NCBI GenBank assembly: GCA_963674705.1
Contig: OY771506.1
Location: 832,001-896,000 of the forward strand
Reading direction: 5' to 3'
DNA length: 64,000 bases
Origin: Phycisphaeraceae bacterium
Lineage (GTDB): Bacteria > Planctomycetota > Phycisphaerae > Phycisphaerales > Phycisphaeraceae
The notes below the pieces were generated by a model. The model worked only from the letters and a program-made list of their open reading frames with translations, was not told where the DNA came from and made no database searches. This document shows positions 46,501-56,556 of this stretch, one piece after another. The number at the start of each line of letters is the position of its first letter. The first letter of the stretch is position 1. The position numbers and the translations under genes were made by a program.

Positions 46501-48054
46501 TCATTCACCGACCTCATCATTCCGCACTTCCACACGCCAGGCTAAGGCATAATCCCAGGGTTCTTCGTGGATAGCCTCAGAACGCCTGACCTCCAAACGG
46601 TATCGGCCGGGTTCAAGATGTTTCAAATAGATGTGTTCAACGTTATCAACGCGGCTGGCGCTGACAGCCAGCTCGCGCTCTTCGCCTGTTTCATCGGTGT
46701 GAAAAAGATAGAGGTCCAGGTCGGCAAGGCGTGGGATGCCGTACCAGATTGCAGGACTGCCCCCGGTTTCCGAGTTGTCGTCGGTCATGAGGCTGCTGAT
46801 TCGGCGGTGCCAATCGAGAATAATGGACGCTTCGTCCATCGGTGTCTGCAGCCTGAATGTATAGGCGTGTGTCTGGTTGGGCTCGATTTCACGGAAGACC
46901 CAGCCCATACGGTTGGGCAGGTGGACAACCTCATCCGCGGCGACTTCTTCGCTTTCAGCATCACCCGTGTGTGCGGCGGTGATGACCGGCGTGCCCGCCT
47001 GAAGGATTTGCAGGCTCTTATCAAAGTTGACGATCCCCGCGCCAAGATGTTCATCCAACGGTTTGCCCGGCTCGGGTTGCCAGTCCCTGCGCTTAACCGC
47101 ACCGGCAAGCAGAACAGCCTTGATGACCTCGGCCTTATTCGCCAGATGAGCGACGTCCGTCATTTCGTCCGCCGCCTGCAACAGACGCGCGACACAGGCC
47201 GCCACATCGGGTGTGGTGAAGCTGGTGAGTTTGCGCAGCCCGACGATATCGGGTTTACATCGGCCGGCCACTTCGATGCGCGTGTACCCGCCGCTGGACC
47301 CGCCGCTCGGTCCCGGCCGCGCGGTGCCGACAGCGATCACGTTATAAGCAGTACCTAATAGATAAGGAACGGGCGTCTGTATTCCGTTATTAATGCCGAC
47401 ACACATGATCGTGTCATGGTTATCGACCTGCCAGTCAACGCGGCGCAGCACATCGACCGCATTAGGTGGATCGCTGACCCAGGAATGCGTCAACACGCGC
47501 ATCGGCCCACCGACGGGCGGATCGGGGGAACTTGCGTTGAGGTAGCCTTGGCCCATCCAGTCGTGTGCTTCAAAACAATGCACGACGCTGACACCCGGCG
47601 CGAGTCCTGATTGGCCATAGATCTCACGTGCAGTGGCAAACGCATGGCTGGAAATCTTGGATGCGCCGGAGCGTTCTACAAACGTGACACCTTTGAACTG
47701 CGGCGAATTGATATTGGGCAGGTAATTGCCGACGCCGATTTCGACGTGGCCGACGGTGATCCCTTCACCGGTCGGTACGGCGCGGCCCAAACGGGCCTGC
47801 GCGGCGTTGAAACCCAGCAGTTCGTGTAGTGAGGGCGGTTTGGGTCTGGGCCGCTGGACCTGGGGCTGGTTCGTTGCCGGGTCATTGCTCGGTTCGTCCT
47901 CAACTACATCGTCGGGATCAGCAGGGACAGGCGGAGCCTGGGTATCGACGTACTGCTGAGCCGTGGATGCCTGCGGCTGCAGCCACCACGCCGCCACACC
48001 GAGTGTCAGGACGGTCAGCCCGATAAGGATCGTGTTCTTAAGGTCATTCACCAT
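46501..48054 (-). CDS. Subtilisin-like (S8) peptidase-related secreted protein, atypical triad
   Basis: TGEGITVGHVE, SSHAFATA, AYNVIAVG, KPDIV, TSFTTPDVA, KAVLLAGA, GAGIVN, DLDLYL, DNVEHI. Start uncertain. Confidence 0.72.
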   Translation of the reverse strand: MVNDLKNTILIGLTVLTLGVAAWWLQPQASTAQQYVDTQAPPVPADPDDVVEDEPSNDPATNQPQVQRPRPKPPSLHELLGFNAAQARLGRAVPTGEGITVGHVEIGVGNYLPNINSPQFKGVTFVERSGASKISSHAFATAREIYGQSGLAPGVSVVHCFEAHDWMGQGYLNASSPDPPVGGPMRVLTHSWVSDPPNAVDVLRRVDWQVDNHDTIMCVGINNGIQTPVPYLLGTAYNVIAVGTARPGPSGGSSGGYTRIEVAGRCKPDIVGLRKLTSFTTPDVAACVARLLQAADEMTDVAHLANKAEVIKAVLLAGAVKRRDWQPEPGKPLDEHLGAGIVNFDKSLQILQAGTPVITAAHTGDAESEEVAADEVVHLPNRMGWVFREIEPNQTHAYTFRLQTPMDEASIILDWHRRISSLMTDDNSETGGSPAIWYGIPRLADLDLYLFHTDETGEERELAVSASRVDNVEHIYLKHLEPGRYRLEVRRSEAIHEEPWDYALAWRVEVRNDEVGE

Positions 48055-48253
48055 GGTGGATATCGGCCCGATCCATGCGGTGGCTTGGTGTTTCATGCAT
48101 AACGTGCCCGGCGTGCCTGTGGCGATCTTTGTACCACAACCGGACAATGCCCACAGGCCCCTGTTCATTCCGCCGATCAAACACCAGCGGTTCGCCAATT
48201 TCCTATGATGGTGGACCTGTTGGATCAAGATAGGTTGGCACGAAAGGATCGTT

Positions 48254-49384
48254 TTGCGGCAAGTGGATTATCTGATAGTGGGCTCCGGGCTGACGGGTGC
48301 GGTCATCGCGCGGACGCTAGTCGATGCCGGACGTGATGTGCTGATCGTCGAACGGCGGGACCACGTCGGCGGGAACGTGCACGACCACGACCATGAATCC
48401 GGCATCCGCATCCATACCTATGGCCCCCACTACTTCCGGACCAACTCCAACCGCATCTGGGACTTCGTCACACGCTTCGCCGAGTTCTTCAAGTACGAAG
48501 CCAGCCTGAAGACCCTGGTCGACGGCAAACACGAAAACTGGCCCATCGCGGCGAGCTATATCGCCAAACATATCGGACAGGATTGGAAGCCCGAATTCAC
48601 CGGCACGCCGAGTAACTTCGAGGAAGCCGCACTCTCGCTCATGCCGCGCGCGATCTACGAGAAGTTCATCAAGGAATACAACGAAAAACAATGGGGCGTG
48701 CCCGCAAACACACTCAGCGCCGATCTGTGCAAAAGGTTCGACGTCCGGGCCGACGATGAACCGAGATTAAAACCGGACTGCAAACATCAAGGCATCCCCC
48801 TGCCTGGTTACACCTACCTGATGCAGAAGATGATCGAGGGCATCCCGATCGAGCTTGGTTTCGATTACCGGAATCAGCGAAGTGAAGTCAGAGCAAATAA
48901 ACTCACCGTCTTTACGGGCCCGATTGATACGTTCTTCGATTACGAGTTGGGCAAACTTGCTTATCGTGGGCAACAACGTGAGCAGAAGTATTTGAGCGAC
49001 CCGGGTGGCGATGGCTTCGCTCAACCCTGCGGGCAGGTCAACACACCGATGCACGCGCAAGGGCCTTCGATCCGGACGCTGGAGTGGAAGCACATGATGC
49101 CCGCCGAGGCTGCGGCAAAGATCCATGGCACGGTCCTGACAACCGAGACACCCTACACACCCAGCGAGATCGGCGGGTATGAATACCCCTTCCCGGACAG
49201 CCGAAACGCGCAGCTTTACCAGCGCTACCGCAAGCAGGCGGACGACATGCCGGGCGTGCTGGTTTGTGGCCGACTGGGCGAGTACCGATACTTCGACATG
49301 GATCAGGCAATCGCCCGTGCGATGCTGCTGGCGGAGCGTATCCTGAAGGACGAAAAGGACGCGGACAAGCTGCCCAACGGTTAG
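48254..49384 (+). CDS. glf: UDP-galactopyranose mutase
   Basis: IVGSGLTG; ERRDHVGGN; HTYGPHYFRT; Y.EKQWG; QGIP..GYT; TGPID.FF; EYPFP; GRLGEYRYFDMDQAI. Confidence 0.93.
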   Translation: MRQVDYLIVGSGLTGAVIARTLVDAGRDVLIVERRDHVGGNVHDHDHESGIRIHTYGPHYFRTNSNRIWDFVTRFAEFFKYEASLKTLVDGKHENWPIAASYIAKHIGQDWKPEFTGTPSNFEEAALSLMPRAIYEKFIKEYNEKQWGVPANTLSADLCKRFDVRADDEPRLKPDCKHQGIPLPGYTYLMQKMIEGIPIELGFDYRNQRSEVRANKLTVFTGPIDTFFDYELGKLAYRGQQREQKYLSDPGGDGFAQPCGQVNTPMHAQGPSIRTLEWKHMMPAEAAAKIHGTVLTTETPYTPSEIGGYEYPFPDSRNAQLYQRYRKQADDMPGVLVCGRLGEYRYFDMDQAIARAMLLAERILKDEKDADKLPNG

Positions 49385-49508
49385 GTATGATAGGGACCGT
49401 AAATGAACGCGAAAGCACGTCAAGGAGGGGCAAGGTCGCTTGCCGATTGTTCCAGGATTCATTTGCGTAATTTGACGTGTATTCGCGGCGAATCCGGTTG
49501 GACTTAAC

Positions 49509-50486
49509 ATGGAAATCACCCAACCCAAGACACCGTCCGTCAGCATTGTCATGCCGACCTACAAGCGGCCGGAGATGATCAAGCGCGCGATCAAGAGCGT
49601 GCTTGAACAGACCGTGACCGACTGGGAACTTGTGATCTCGGACGACGAGGACCCGCCCGGTCAGACGTGGGAATACCTTCAAAGCCTGGCCGCCCGGCAC
49701 AAGCGCATCCGTATCTTCCGAAACACCGGCGACCACGGACAGATCCCCAATAACAACTTCGTGCTTCAGCAGGCACGCGGCACGTGGATCAAACCGCTCT
49801 ACGATGACGACGCCCTCAAGCCCGGCTGCCTCCAGCGCATGCTTGTCGCCACCATGAAACGCCCCGACGCGTCGGTCATCATGTGCCTTGCGGATAATTA
49901 TGTGAACGATGAACTGACCAAGCCCGGCCTGCGCGGTAAAGCATCCACGCTCGAATTCTTAAGCTCGGATGATGCGCTGCTGGCCTGCTACCTGCAGGAC
50001 CTCGAGGTGGGCACGCCCGTGCAGTGCATGGTGCGCGGTGAAGATATCCGCACAGGCATCTACTGGGAAAACCCCGGCGAGATGAACTCCGCGTTCGATA
50101 CATGGTGGCTCTACCGCCTGATCGCGCGAGGCGGCATCCTCCTGCTCAACGAACCCTTGATCAATCAGCACTGGGGACATGAGACCGGCACACAGCAAAT
50201 GCAGGACAACCCGCACCTGATGGATAACGACATCGTCCGCCTCAAACAACTGCTCTACCCCCTGATCCAATCCGGCCACAAACCCCCCGCCCTGTCGACC
50301 GTCGAACAACAGGCACGCATCATGCGCGCCATGTTGCGCATCCGCGATAAACAGTACGGCCAGGCCATCAAGCTCTTGTACAACTGCTGGAATCCCCAGT
50401 CCTGGCGCTACGCGATGAGCTGGCTGCGCAACAAACGCCACCCCGGCCGATCACCGCTGATCGACCGGGAAGAGTTGTGGCCGTAG
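49509..50486 (+). CDS. Glycosyltransferase family 2
   Basis: VSIVMPTYKR..MI.RAI.SVL.QT..DWELVISDD; ARG.WI..LYDDD. Confidence 0.9.
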   Translation: MEITQPKTPSVSIVMPTYKRPEMIKRAIKSVLEQTVTDWELVISDDEDPPGQTWEYLQSLAARHKRIRIFRNTGDHGQIPNNNFVLQQARGTWIKPLYDDDALKPGCLQRMLVATMKRPDASVIMCLADNYVNDELTKPGLRGKASTLEFLSSDDALLACYLQDLEVGTPVQCMVRGEDIRTGIYWENPGEMNSAFDTWWLYRLIARGGILLLNEPLINQHWGHETGTQQMQDNPHLMDNDIVRLKQLLYPLIQSGHKPPALSTVEQQARIMRAMLRIRDKQYGQAIKLLYNCWNPQSWRYAMSWLRNKRHPGRSPLIDREELWP

Positions 50487-50526
50487 GCACAACAGATTCA
50501 ATACTCCTGAAAATCTTCACTTGGGC

Positions 50527-50553
50527 TGTAATGGCTTCGTCTCTGCAGCGTCT
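50527..50553 (+). promoter_or_regulatory. ECF-type promoter candidate
   Basis: TGTAAT-N16-CGTCT about 100 bp upstream of the 50650 gene. Confidence 0.35.
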
Positions 50554-50649
50554 TTACATGGGACACGGCGATCTCCTTATTGTCGGCCCGATGGTCATGC
50601 TGTTTGCATTTAAACGCTTGTAAAAAACGACACTCTTTCCTAGGTCAAC

Positions 50650-52710
50650 ATGCAAAATAATATCCTTGGCGTACTAATTGGCCTGATGGTGTTGCTGGGT
50701 TACACAACAATCCTCGCGGCTGAAGACGGGCAACCGACATGGGAAACACTGATTAAGGTGAATCAGGTCAACAAGAAAGTCTCTGACTTCCCGGAGATAG
50801 AAGACTTTTCAACACCCGAATCAGCTTACGCCACGATCAACCGGCTATCCGCCACGGGTGATCAAAGTTTCTGGCAGCGCGTCAGCGTCAAACGTGTTGC
50901 ATCCCGGATGGACGCCAATGCGGCCCCGGTTCAACTTTCACCAGAAGTCGTCAAGGGCCGGTTACAGGCGAATATTGTCGAGGTCAGGCTATTTGATTCT
51001 CGCCTCGCCATGGTGATCGCCGAAGAATCTGCCAACGGCAAAACCGTCTTCGACATGCGCTCATTTGAACTTGAAGACAGCCAATGGAAAAACACGGGCA
51101 ATGATGTCAGTGGCGATCTGGACGAGGCACGCGCCCTGTTCGATATCCGCTGCTCGCGACTTATTCAACGCCCGTCCCGGCCCGCTATCGACAATCCCGA
51201 AGCTTACCTCAAAACGTTCACCGACTTTCTCGCTGAAAACGGACACGACCCGCACACGTTCGTCATGGATGCGTTGAAGGATCACAAACTCCTGATCATC
51301 GGCGAGGTACACCATCGGCCGATCTATTGGGCGTTTAACAGCTCGCTGGTTAGCGATCCGGAATTCGCGGACCACGTTGGAGCGATCTACCTGGAATTGC
51401 CTGCCAATCAACAGGAAACGGCCGACGCTTTCCTCGCTGAACCTGCCTGCCGCAAAGACCTGATTATCAAAATCCTGCGCGACATGATGTGGATGGGTTG
51501 GCCGGACCAACCGATGCTTGAGTTTTTCGAGGCGGTCTGGCACGCGAACGCCCAACTGCCGGAAGAAAAGAAGTTGCGCATCGTGCTGACGGATATGCAT
51601 CGGCCTTGGGACAAACTCGAAACACGAAAGGACTTCAGGCAATACCGCGTCGACCGCGATGAATTCATGGCAGAGCAGGTCATAAAAGATATCGAAAGCC
51701 GTCCCGATGATGATCGTGCGGGCCTGTTCATCGTCGGCGTCGGCCACACCGCGAAAGACTTCAAATTCTTCGGCAACCACCCGCACAAAACCGCGGGCTG
51801 GTACCTGACGCAGAAGTTCGGCAAAGAAAACGTCTATGCCATCATGCAACACCGATGCGTGATGACCAACAACGGCCAGGTCAACGGGCGCGTCTGCCTG
51901 GGGTTGTTTGAATCTGCGTTTGCAGCACAAAACAATAAACCCATCGCGTTCACGCTTGAGCAAGGCCCCTTCGGCGAGCAATCCTATCAAGCACAACCGG
52001 ACACGCCCGTGTTCAGCAAGTACCGTGACGGTTTTAATGCGTACCTCTATCTCGGACCATTGGAAGATGAGATTTTCTCGCCGCTGATCCCGGGTTTCTA
52101 TACCGACGAACATGTAAAAGAACTGGATAGACGTCATAAAATGCTATTCGGGCAAGGGTGGGCAGATGCGTACAACATGCCCAAAGCAGACGCCGAGTCT
52201 TTCATGGACTGGATGAGCGGCGAATATGGAAGCTGGGGCAAGCCCCGTGATTGGACACGCAACCTCGGGCCCATCGACGCCTGGGTCTACGGCGACAACT
52301 GGGAACATAAAATCCAACTCACCAAACACCGCGACGCACTCGAGCATCCGGATGAACTCACACAAGCCGCTGCAAAACTGTTCAACGCCATTCGCGACGC
52401 GGACTACGACAGCTTTGCCGGCGGCAAGAACTGGAACCACTTCCCAAGCGATGAAGTGGATTACCAGGTCAACCATGATTACCCCGGTTGGGTGGCATGG
52501 TCGTGCAAGACATTCGCAAGCAATCCGATTCAGGATGTGCAGATTGGCGAGGTGCTGTGGTCCGAAAAGGGCCTGCCGGCCGTCCGATACAGCATCACCT
52601 TAAATGACGGGAAAGTCCTGACAGGTGAACTGCCCTTCCGATACAACGCCAGACTAAATGGATGGAGCGGCATGGAAGGGATCGACTGGCACCTGCAGCC
52701 CCCGGATTGA
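50650..52710 (+). CDS. Secreted protein with a ChaN/EreA/TIKI-like central domain
   Basis: Signal peptide; LLIIGEVHH; IYLE; RDEFMA; LFIVGVGH. Family call is tentative. Confidence 0.6.
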   Translation: MQNNILGVLIGLMVLLGYTTILAAEDGQPTWETLIKVNQVNKKVSDFPEIEDFSTPESAYATINRLSATGDQSFWQRVSVKRVASRMDANAAPVQLSPEVVKGRLQANIVEVRLFDSRLAMVIAEESANGKTVFDMRSFELEDSQWKNTGNDVSGDLDEARALFDIRCSRLIQRPSRPAIDNPEAYLKTFTDFLAENGHDPHTFVMDALKDHKLLIIGEVHHRPIYWAFNSSLVSDPEFADHVGAIYLELPANQQETADAFLAEPACRKDLIIKILRDMMWMGWPDQPMLEFFEAVWHANAQLPEEKKLRIVLTDMHRPWDKLETRKDFRQYRVDRDEFMAEQVIKDIESRPDDDRAGLFIVGVGHTAKDFKFFGNHPHKTAGWYLTQKFGKENVYAIMQHRCVMTNNGQVNGRVCLGLFESAFAAQNNKPIAFTLEQGPFGEQSYQAQPDTPVFSKYRDGFNAYLYLGPLEDEIFSPLIPGFYTDEHVKELDRRHKMLFGQGWADAYNMPKADAESFMDWMSGEYGSWGKPRDWTRNLGPIDAWVYGDNWEHKIQLTKHRDALEHPDELTQAAAKLFNAIRDADYDSFAGGKNWNHFPSDEVDYQVNHDYPGWVAWSCKTFASNPIQDVQIGEVLWSEKGLPAVRYSITLNDGKVLTGELPFRYNARLNGWSGMEGIDWHLQPPD

Positions 52711-52724
52711 GTACACCGTCTGAC

Positions 52725-53213
52725 TTACACCTGCCGCAACTCATACTCGATGACGTCATAAGCCGGATCGGGGCCGCCGGGGTGTCGCCCCACCTCAATA
52801 AACCCGGCCGCGGCATACATCCTGCGTGCCGGCTCGAAGAACGGCTGCTCGCCCGTAGAAACCCGAATGGTTTCGACCGATGCAAGACGATTGATCGCCT
52901 CATGCAACTGCTTCGTGCCAACACCCCGGCTTTGATATTCGGGCAATACACAGTTATGCCCGAGGCGCACGGATTGCGGCGCGTTTCTTGGATCATGTGA
53001 CATAAAACCGATTGGCTTGCCGTCCACTTCACTGATGAAAACCGCCCGACCGACGGTATCGAGATTGTCGAAGACCAACGTATCGAAGTCATCCCACTTC
53101 TGTGCTTCGGCCTGCCAAAGCGGGTTGCGTAGTAATGGCGCATAAGCCGCTTGCAGCATATGTGCCAGTTGGCCACGATCCTCAGGATGTAATACGCGAA
53201 TACGAATCAACAT
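52725..53213 (-). CDS. GNAT family N-acetyltransferase
   Basis: CVLPEYQSRGVGTKQL; PARRMYAAAGF. Confidence 0.88.
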   Translation of the reverse strand: MLIRIRVLHPEDRGQLAHMLQAAYAPLLRNPLWQAEAQKWDDFDTLVFDNLDTVGRAVFISEVDGKPIGFMSHDPRNAPQSVRLGHNCVLPEYQSRGVGTKQLHEAINRLASVETIRVSTGEQPFFEPARRMYAAAGFIEVGRHPGGPDPAYDVIEYELRQV

Positions 53214-53325
53214 GCCGCCATGATCGAATCAGCGCGTGAATATATCAAGCGTTGGTGTGTATCAATATCTGTCAAATGAATATGACAGAGAGGTTGGCAT
53301 ATGGCCTCAAACCGACCGACAAGCA

Positions 53326-53700
53326 TCACCAATGCGATTCGTCTATGCCCGTCTGACCAATCTGATCAGTTACGCTGTCGTGCGATTCACGTGGCGAGTC
53401 GTCCAACCGATCAGTGCGATCTTCATTGAATTCGCGGTATTGCTCGAACCAGCCGGCGGCCCGGCGCAGCGATTCGACTCTCAGCCGGCAGGGACGCCAT
53501 TGGGCGTTTCGGCTACGTTCGATCAAACCAGCACGCTCGAGGACCTTCAAGTGTTTGCTGATCGCCGGGGCACTTAGATCAAACGGCCGCGACAACTCGG
53601 CGACGGTCATCTCGCCCCCGACCAACCGTGAAAGCATCTGCCGACGGGTAGGATCCGCCAGTGCACCGAACAGTGTGCTGAGTTGATCAGAGGTAACCAT
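53326..53700 (-). CDS. ArsR/SmtB family transcriptional regulator
   Basis: FGALADPTRR.ML..L..GE.TV.EL..PF..S.PAISKHLKVLERAGLI.R...AQWR. Confidence 0.9.
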   Translation of the reverse strand: MVTSDQLSTLFGALADPTRRQMLSRLVGGEMTVAELSRPFDLSAPAISKHLKVLERAGLIERSRNAQWRPCRLRVESLRRAAGWFEQYREFNEDRTDRLDDSPRESHDSVTDQIGQTGIDESHW

Positions 53701-53714
53701 ATTCACCCATTAGT

Positions 53715-53736
53715 TAATTAACCGATTAGTTAATTA
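53715..53736. promoter_or_regulatory. Palindromic operator, probably an ArsR autoregulatory site
   Basis: TAATTAAC-N6-GTTAATTA just upstream of the ArsR start; ATTAGTTAATTA also occurs as a direct repeat. Confidence 0.65.
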
Positions 53737-53835
53737 TATAGGCAAATGGCAGATGTCAAGCACACGATAATTGTGACTCATCCAATCGGTCGTAAACTCT
53801 GTTGCATCAGATATTAAGCGGCCACAAACCTGACA

Positions 53836-56541
53836 CTACTCCACTTTCAGTTCGAAGTGGTATTTGCCGGGTTCAAGGGTTTGCGGCTCTCTTCCATTGG
53901 GGAATTCGACCGTCGCAGTGGTATTTGGCGGGACGATGACTTCCAGCTTGGCGACGCCTTTGTGCTTCGTCCAGCCGCTGGCGGCCAGGCCGTAGGGCGT
54001 GTCCAGTTCAGCCCGAGCGTGGTCGATCGGAGCGGAGACGAGCGGCCTGACGAAAAAGTGCTTGTAGCCCGGGTTGGCCGGGTCCGGAGCCAGACCAGCC
54101 AGACGCTCATAGAGGAATTGGCCGATCGCGCCGTAGGCATAGTGGTTGAACGAGTTCATGCCCGCATCCCCGAAGCCGTGCTCGTGGCTGTAGCTGTTCC
54201 ATCGTTCCCACATCGTGGTCGCCCCCTGGTGGATGGAATAGAACCACGAGGGATAGGTCTCCTTGAGCAGGACCTTGCAGGCAAGATCGGGGTAGCCGGC
54301 CTTATCCAGCTCGCTGACGATGAAGGGCGTCCCCAGGAAGCCGGTTCGCAGATGGTCATCAGCTTCATGCACGAGCCGGACCAGATTCTCCATCGCTTTG
54401 GGTTTCATCTCTGCCGGGATCAGGTCAAACGCGATCGCGAGTAGATACGCCGTCTGCGTCTCGGGCGCGTTCTGCAGCTTGCCATCGGCGTCAAAGTAAT
54501 GCCTGGCAAACGCCGACTTCACAGCGTTGGCCTCGTCTTCATAACGCTTCGCCTCATCGTTGCGCCCCAGCACACGCAGGCTGTTCGCAAGAATCTGCGC
54601 GCTATGTGCGTAATACGCGGTCGCGATCAGCGGAGCGGGGGTATCACCCTGTGTTTTTTCCGCGTAAGGTTGCAGCCAGTCGCCGAAGGCATTGATTTCC
54701 GGGATCAGTCCGTCCTTCGACTTCGATCGATAGTAGCCGACAAGCTTCTCCATCATCCCGATGTTGTCAGCCAAAAGCTCTTTATCGCCGGTGCGGACAT
54801 ACACCGCCCAGGGGATGATCGTCGCCGCGTCCATCCACCCCGGGCTACCGGCGTCTCCCTTCAATACATCTGGGATTACGTGCGGGATGCGCCCGTCTTC
54901 GACCTGATCGTCGCGCATCGATCCGAGCCAGCTCTTCCAGAATGCGTGGCAATCGTAGTTGAACATTGCGGTCGGGCAAAAGACCTGCGCATCACCGGTC
55001 CAGCCAAGACGTTCATCACGCTGCGGGCAGTCGGTCGGGATGTCGACGAAGTTGCCACGCTGGCCCCAGACGATGTTGCTCTGTAGCTGATTTAACAGAT
55101 CATGAGAAGATTCAAAGCGCCCGATGCGCTTCAGGTCTGAATGCAGGACGACACCTGTTACCCAATCCTTCTTAGGCTTCGCATTCTCAGGCAGACCGGA
55201 CAATTCCACATAGCGGAACCCGTGGAACGTGAAGTGCGGCTGCCAGGTAATCTTGCCCGACTTCGCGGCCGTATATGTATCGGTGCTTTTGGCCGATCGC
55301 AGGTTTGCGGTATAGATCGTGCCATCCTGGTTGAGCATCTCGACGTACCGTATCGTGATCGTCTGATCTTTCTCGACCGGCATATGGATCTTCGCCCAGC
55401 CAACGATGTTCTGCCCAAGATCGAAAACGAACTTACCCGGCAAGGGTTCAGACACACTCACCGCTTTAACCGTTTGTGTTTCTCGGACGACCGGGAAAGG
55501 CTTGGGCTTCATCCTGACATCACCCAGGTCGTCATCAGCAATGACAGGCGCCCAGCCATCTGCAACTCGGCGGGCGTCATAGGTTTCGCCATCGTATACG
55601 CTTGAACTTACCACAGGCCCGTTCAGTGCCGACTGCCAATCCTCATCCGATGTGACGATTTGTGTAGAGCCGTCCTTAAAAAGGATCTCCAGTTGCAGCA
55701 ATAATTCAGGCGTTTTGCCGTAATACCCGACCTGTTCCGCCCAGCCAATCCGGCCGCAGTACCAACCGTTGGCAATCATCACCTGAAGCTGGTTGTCGCC
55801 CTTCTTCACCAGATCCGTCACGTCATATGTCAACGTGTCCAGCCGATTGTGATAGGACGTCCAGCCGTTGGCGTAGTGATCGTCACCGACGCGTTGATCG
55901 TTCAGCGATACCTCAAACATCCCACGCGCTGCCACGTAAAGACGCGCACTTGCTACTTGATCCTTTGCTTCAAATGCCCGACACAGGTAAACAACCACTT
56001 CCTCTTTCGGATCGGGTGCGTTCGCCGCCTTGATCCACTTCGCCTGCCAGTCATCCTTGGATAGCAGACCCAACTCAATACTCACCGGCTTGCTCCAGCC
56101 GGACTCTACACCGTCCTGGTCCTTATAATTAACCCGCCACGTTACCTGTTCACGCGAATCAAAAGGCTTGCCGCCATAAGGCACGAGCACTGACTGATCG
56201 GATTCCACCCAACCACTGTCCCATAGCGTCTGTTCACCCGCCCCGGAGTTAACCTCGATGCGGTACGCAGTCTGTCGTTTCACCCCCTCTGCCAGCTTCC
56301 ACGAGAAGGTCGGCGTCGGATCGTGAAAACCGATCGGGTCAACAAAACCCTCGCCCGTAACAAGTGTGTGGGCCGGCCTTGTCCCGTGCGAAGCGCAAGC
56401 AGACATAAGCATTACTCCAGCGAACAGCAGCAGGCACCCGCACCACCGCTTTAGATTAAATGTATTGAGATGGACCTGAAACGATAACTTTGATTGTATA
56501 GACATGCCGACGATGATACGTCTTGCATTGCCATGGTTCAA
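53836..56541 (-). CDS. Alpha-L-rhamnosidase, glycoside hydrolase family 78
   Basis: FDLGQN; F.FHGFRYV; IPTDCPQRDERLGWTGD; GDWL; TGFLGT; GATTMWERWNS; MNSFNHYAYG. Start uncertain, probably further downstream. Confidence 0.92.
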   Translation of the reverse strand: MNHGNARRIIVGMSIQSKLSFQVHLNTFNLKRWCGCLLLFAGVMLMSACASHGTRPAHTLVTGEGFVDPIGFHDPTPTFSWKLAEGVKRQTAYRIEVNSGAGEQTLWDSGWVESDQSVLVPYGGKPFDSREQVTWRVNYKDQDGVESGWSKPVSIELGLLSKDDWQAKWIKAANAPDPKEEVVVYLCRAFEAKDQVASARLYVAARGMFEVSLNDQRVGDDHYANGWTSYHNRLDTLTYDVTDLVKKGDNQLQVMIANGWYCGRIGWAEQVGYYGKTPELLLQLEILFKDGSTQIVTSDEDWQSALNGPVVSSSVYDGETYDARRVADGWAPVIADDDLGDVRMKPKPFPVVRETQTVKAVSVSEPLPGKFVFDLGQNIVGWAKIHMPVEKDQTITIRYVEMLNQDGTIYTANLRSAKSTDTYTAAKSGKITWQPHFTFHGFRYVELSGLPENAKPKKDWVTGVVLHSDLKRIGRFESSHDLLNQLQSNIVWGQRGNFVDIPTDCPQRDERLGWTGDAQVFCPTAMFNYDCHAFWKSWLGSMRDDQVEDGRIPHVIPDVLKGDAGSPGWMDAATIIPWAVYVRTGDKELLADNIGMMEKLVGYYRSKSKDGLIPEINAFGDWLQPYAEKTQGDTPAPLIATAYYAHSAQILANSLRVLGRNDEAKRYEDEANAVKSAFARHYFDADGKLQNAPETQTAYLLAIAFDLIPAEMKPKAMENLVRLVHEADDHLRTGFLGTPFIVSELDKAGYPDLACKVLLKETYPSWFYSIHQGATTMWERWNSYSHEHGFGDAGMNSFNHYAYGAIGQFLYERLAGLAPDPANPGYKHFFVRPLVSAPIDHARAELDTPYGLAASGWTKHKGVAKLEVIVPPNTTATVEFPNGREPQTLEPGKYHFELKVE

Positions 56542-56556
56542 TCTGTCCAGACAAGA

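Noticed and set aside
48236..48252. sigma54 promoter before glf (TTGGCACG)
   Set aside because: No GC at the -12 position, and too close to the start codon
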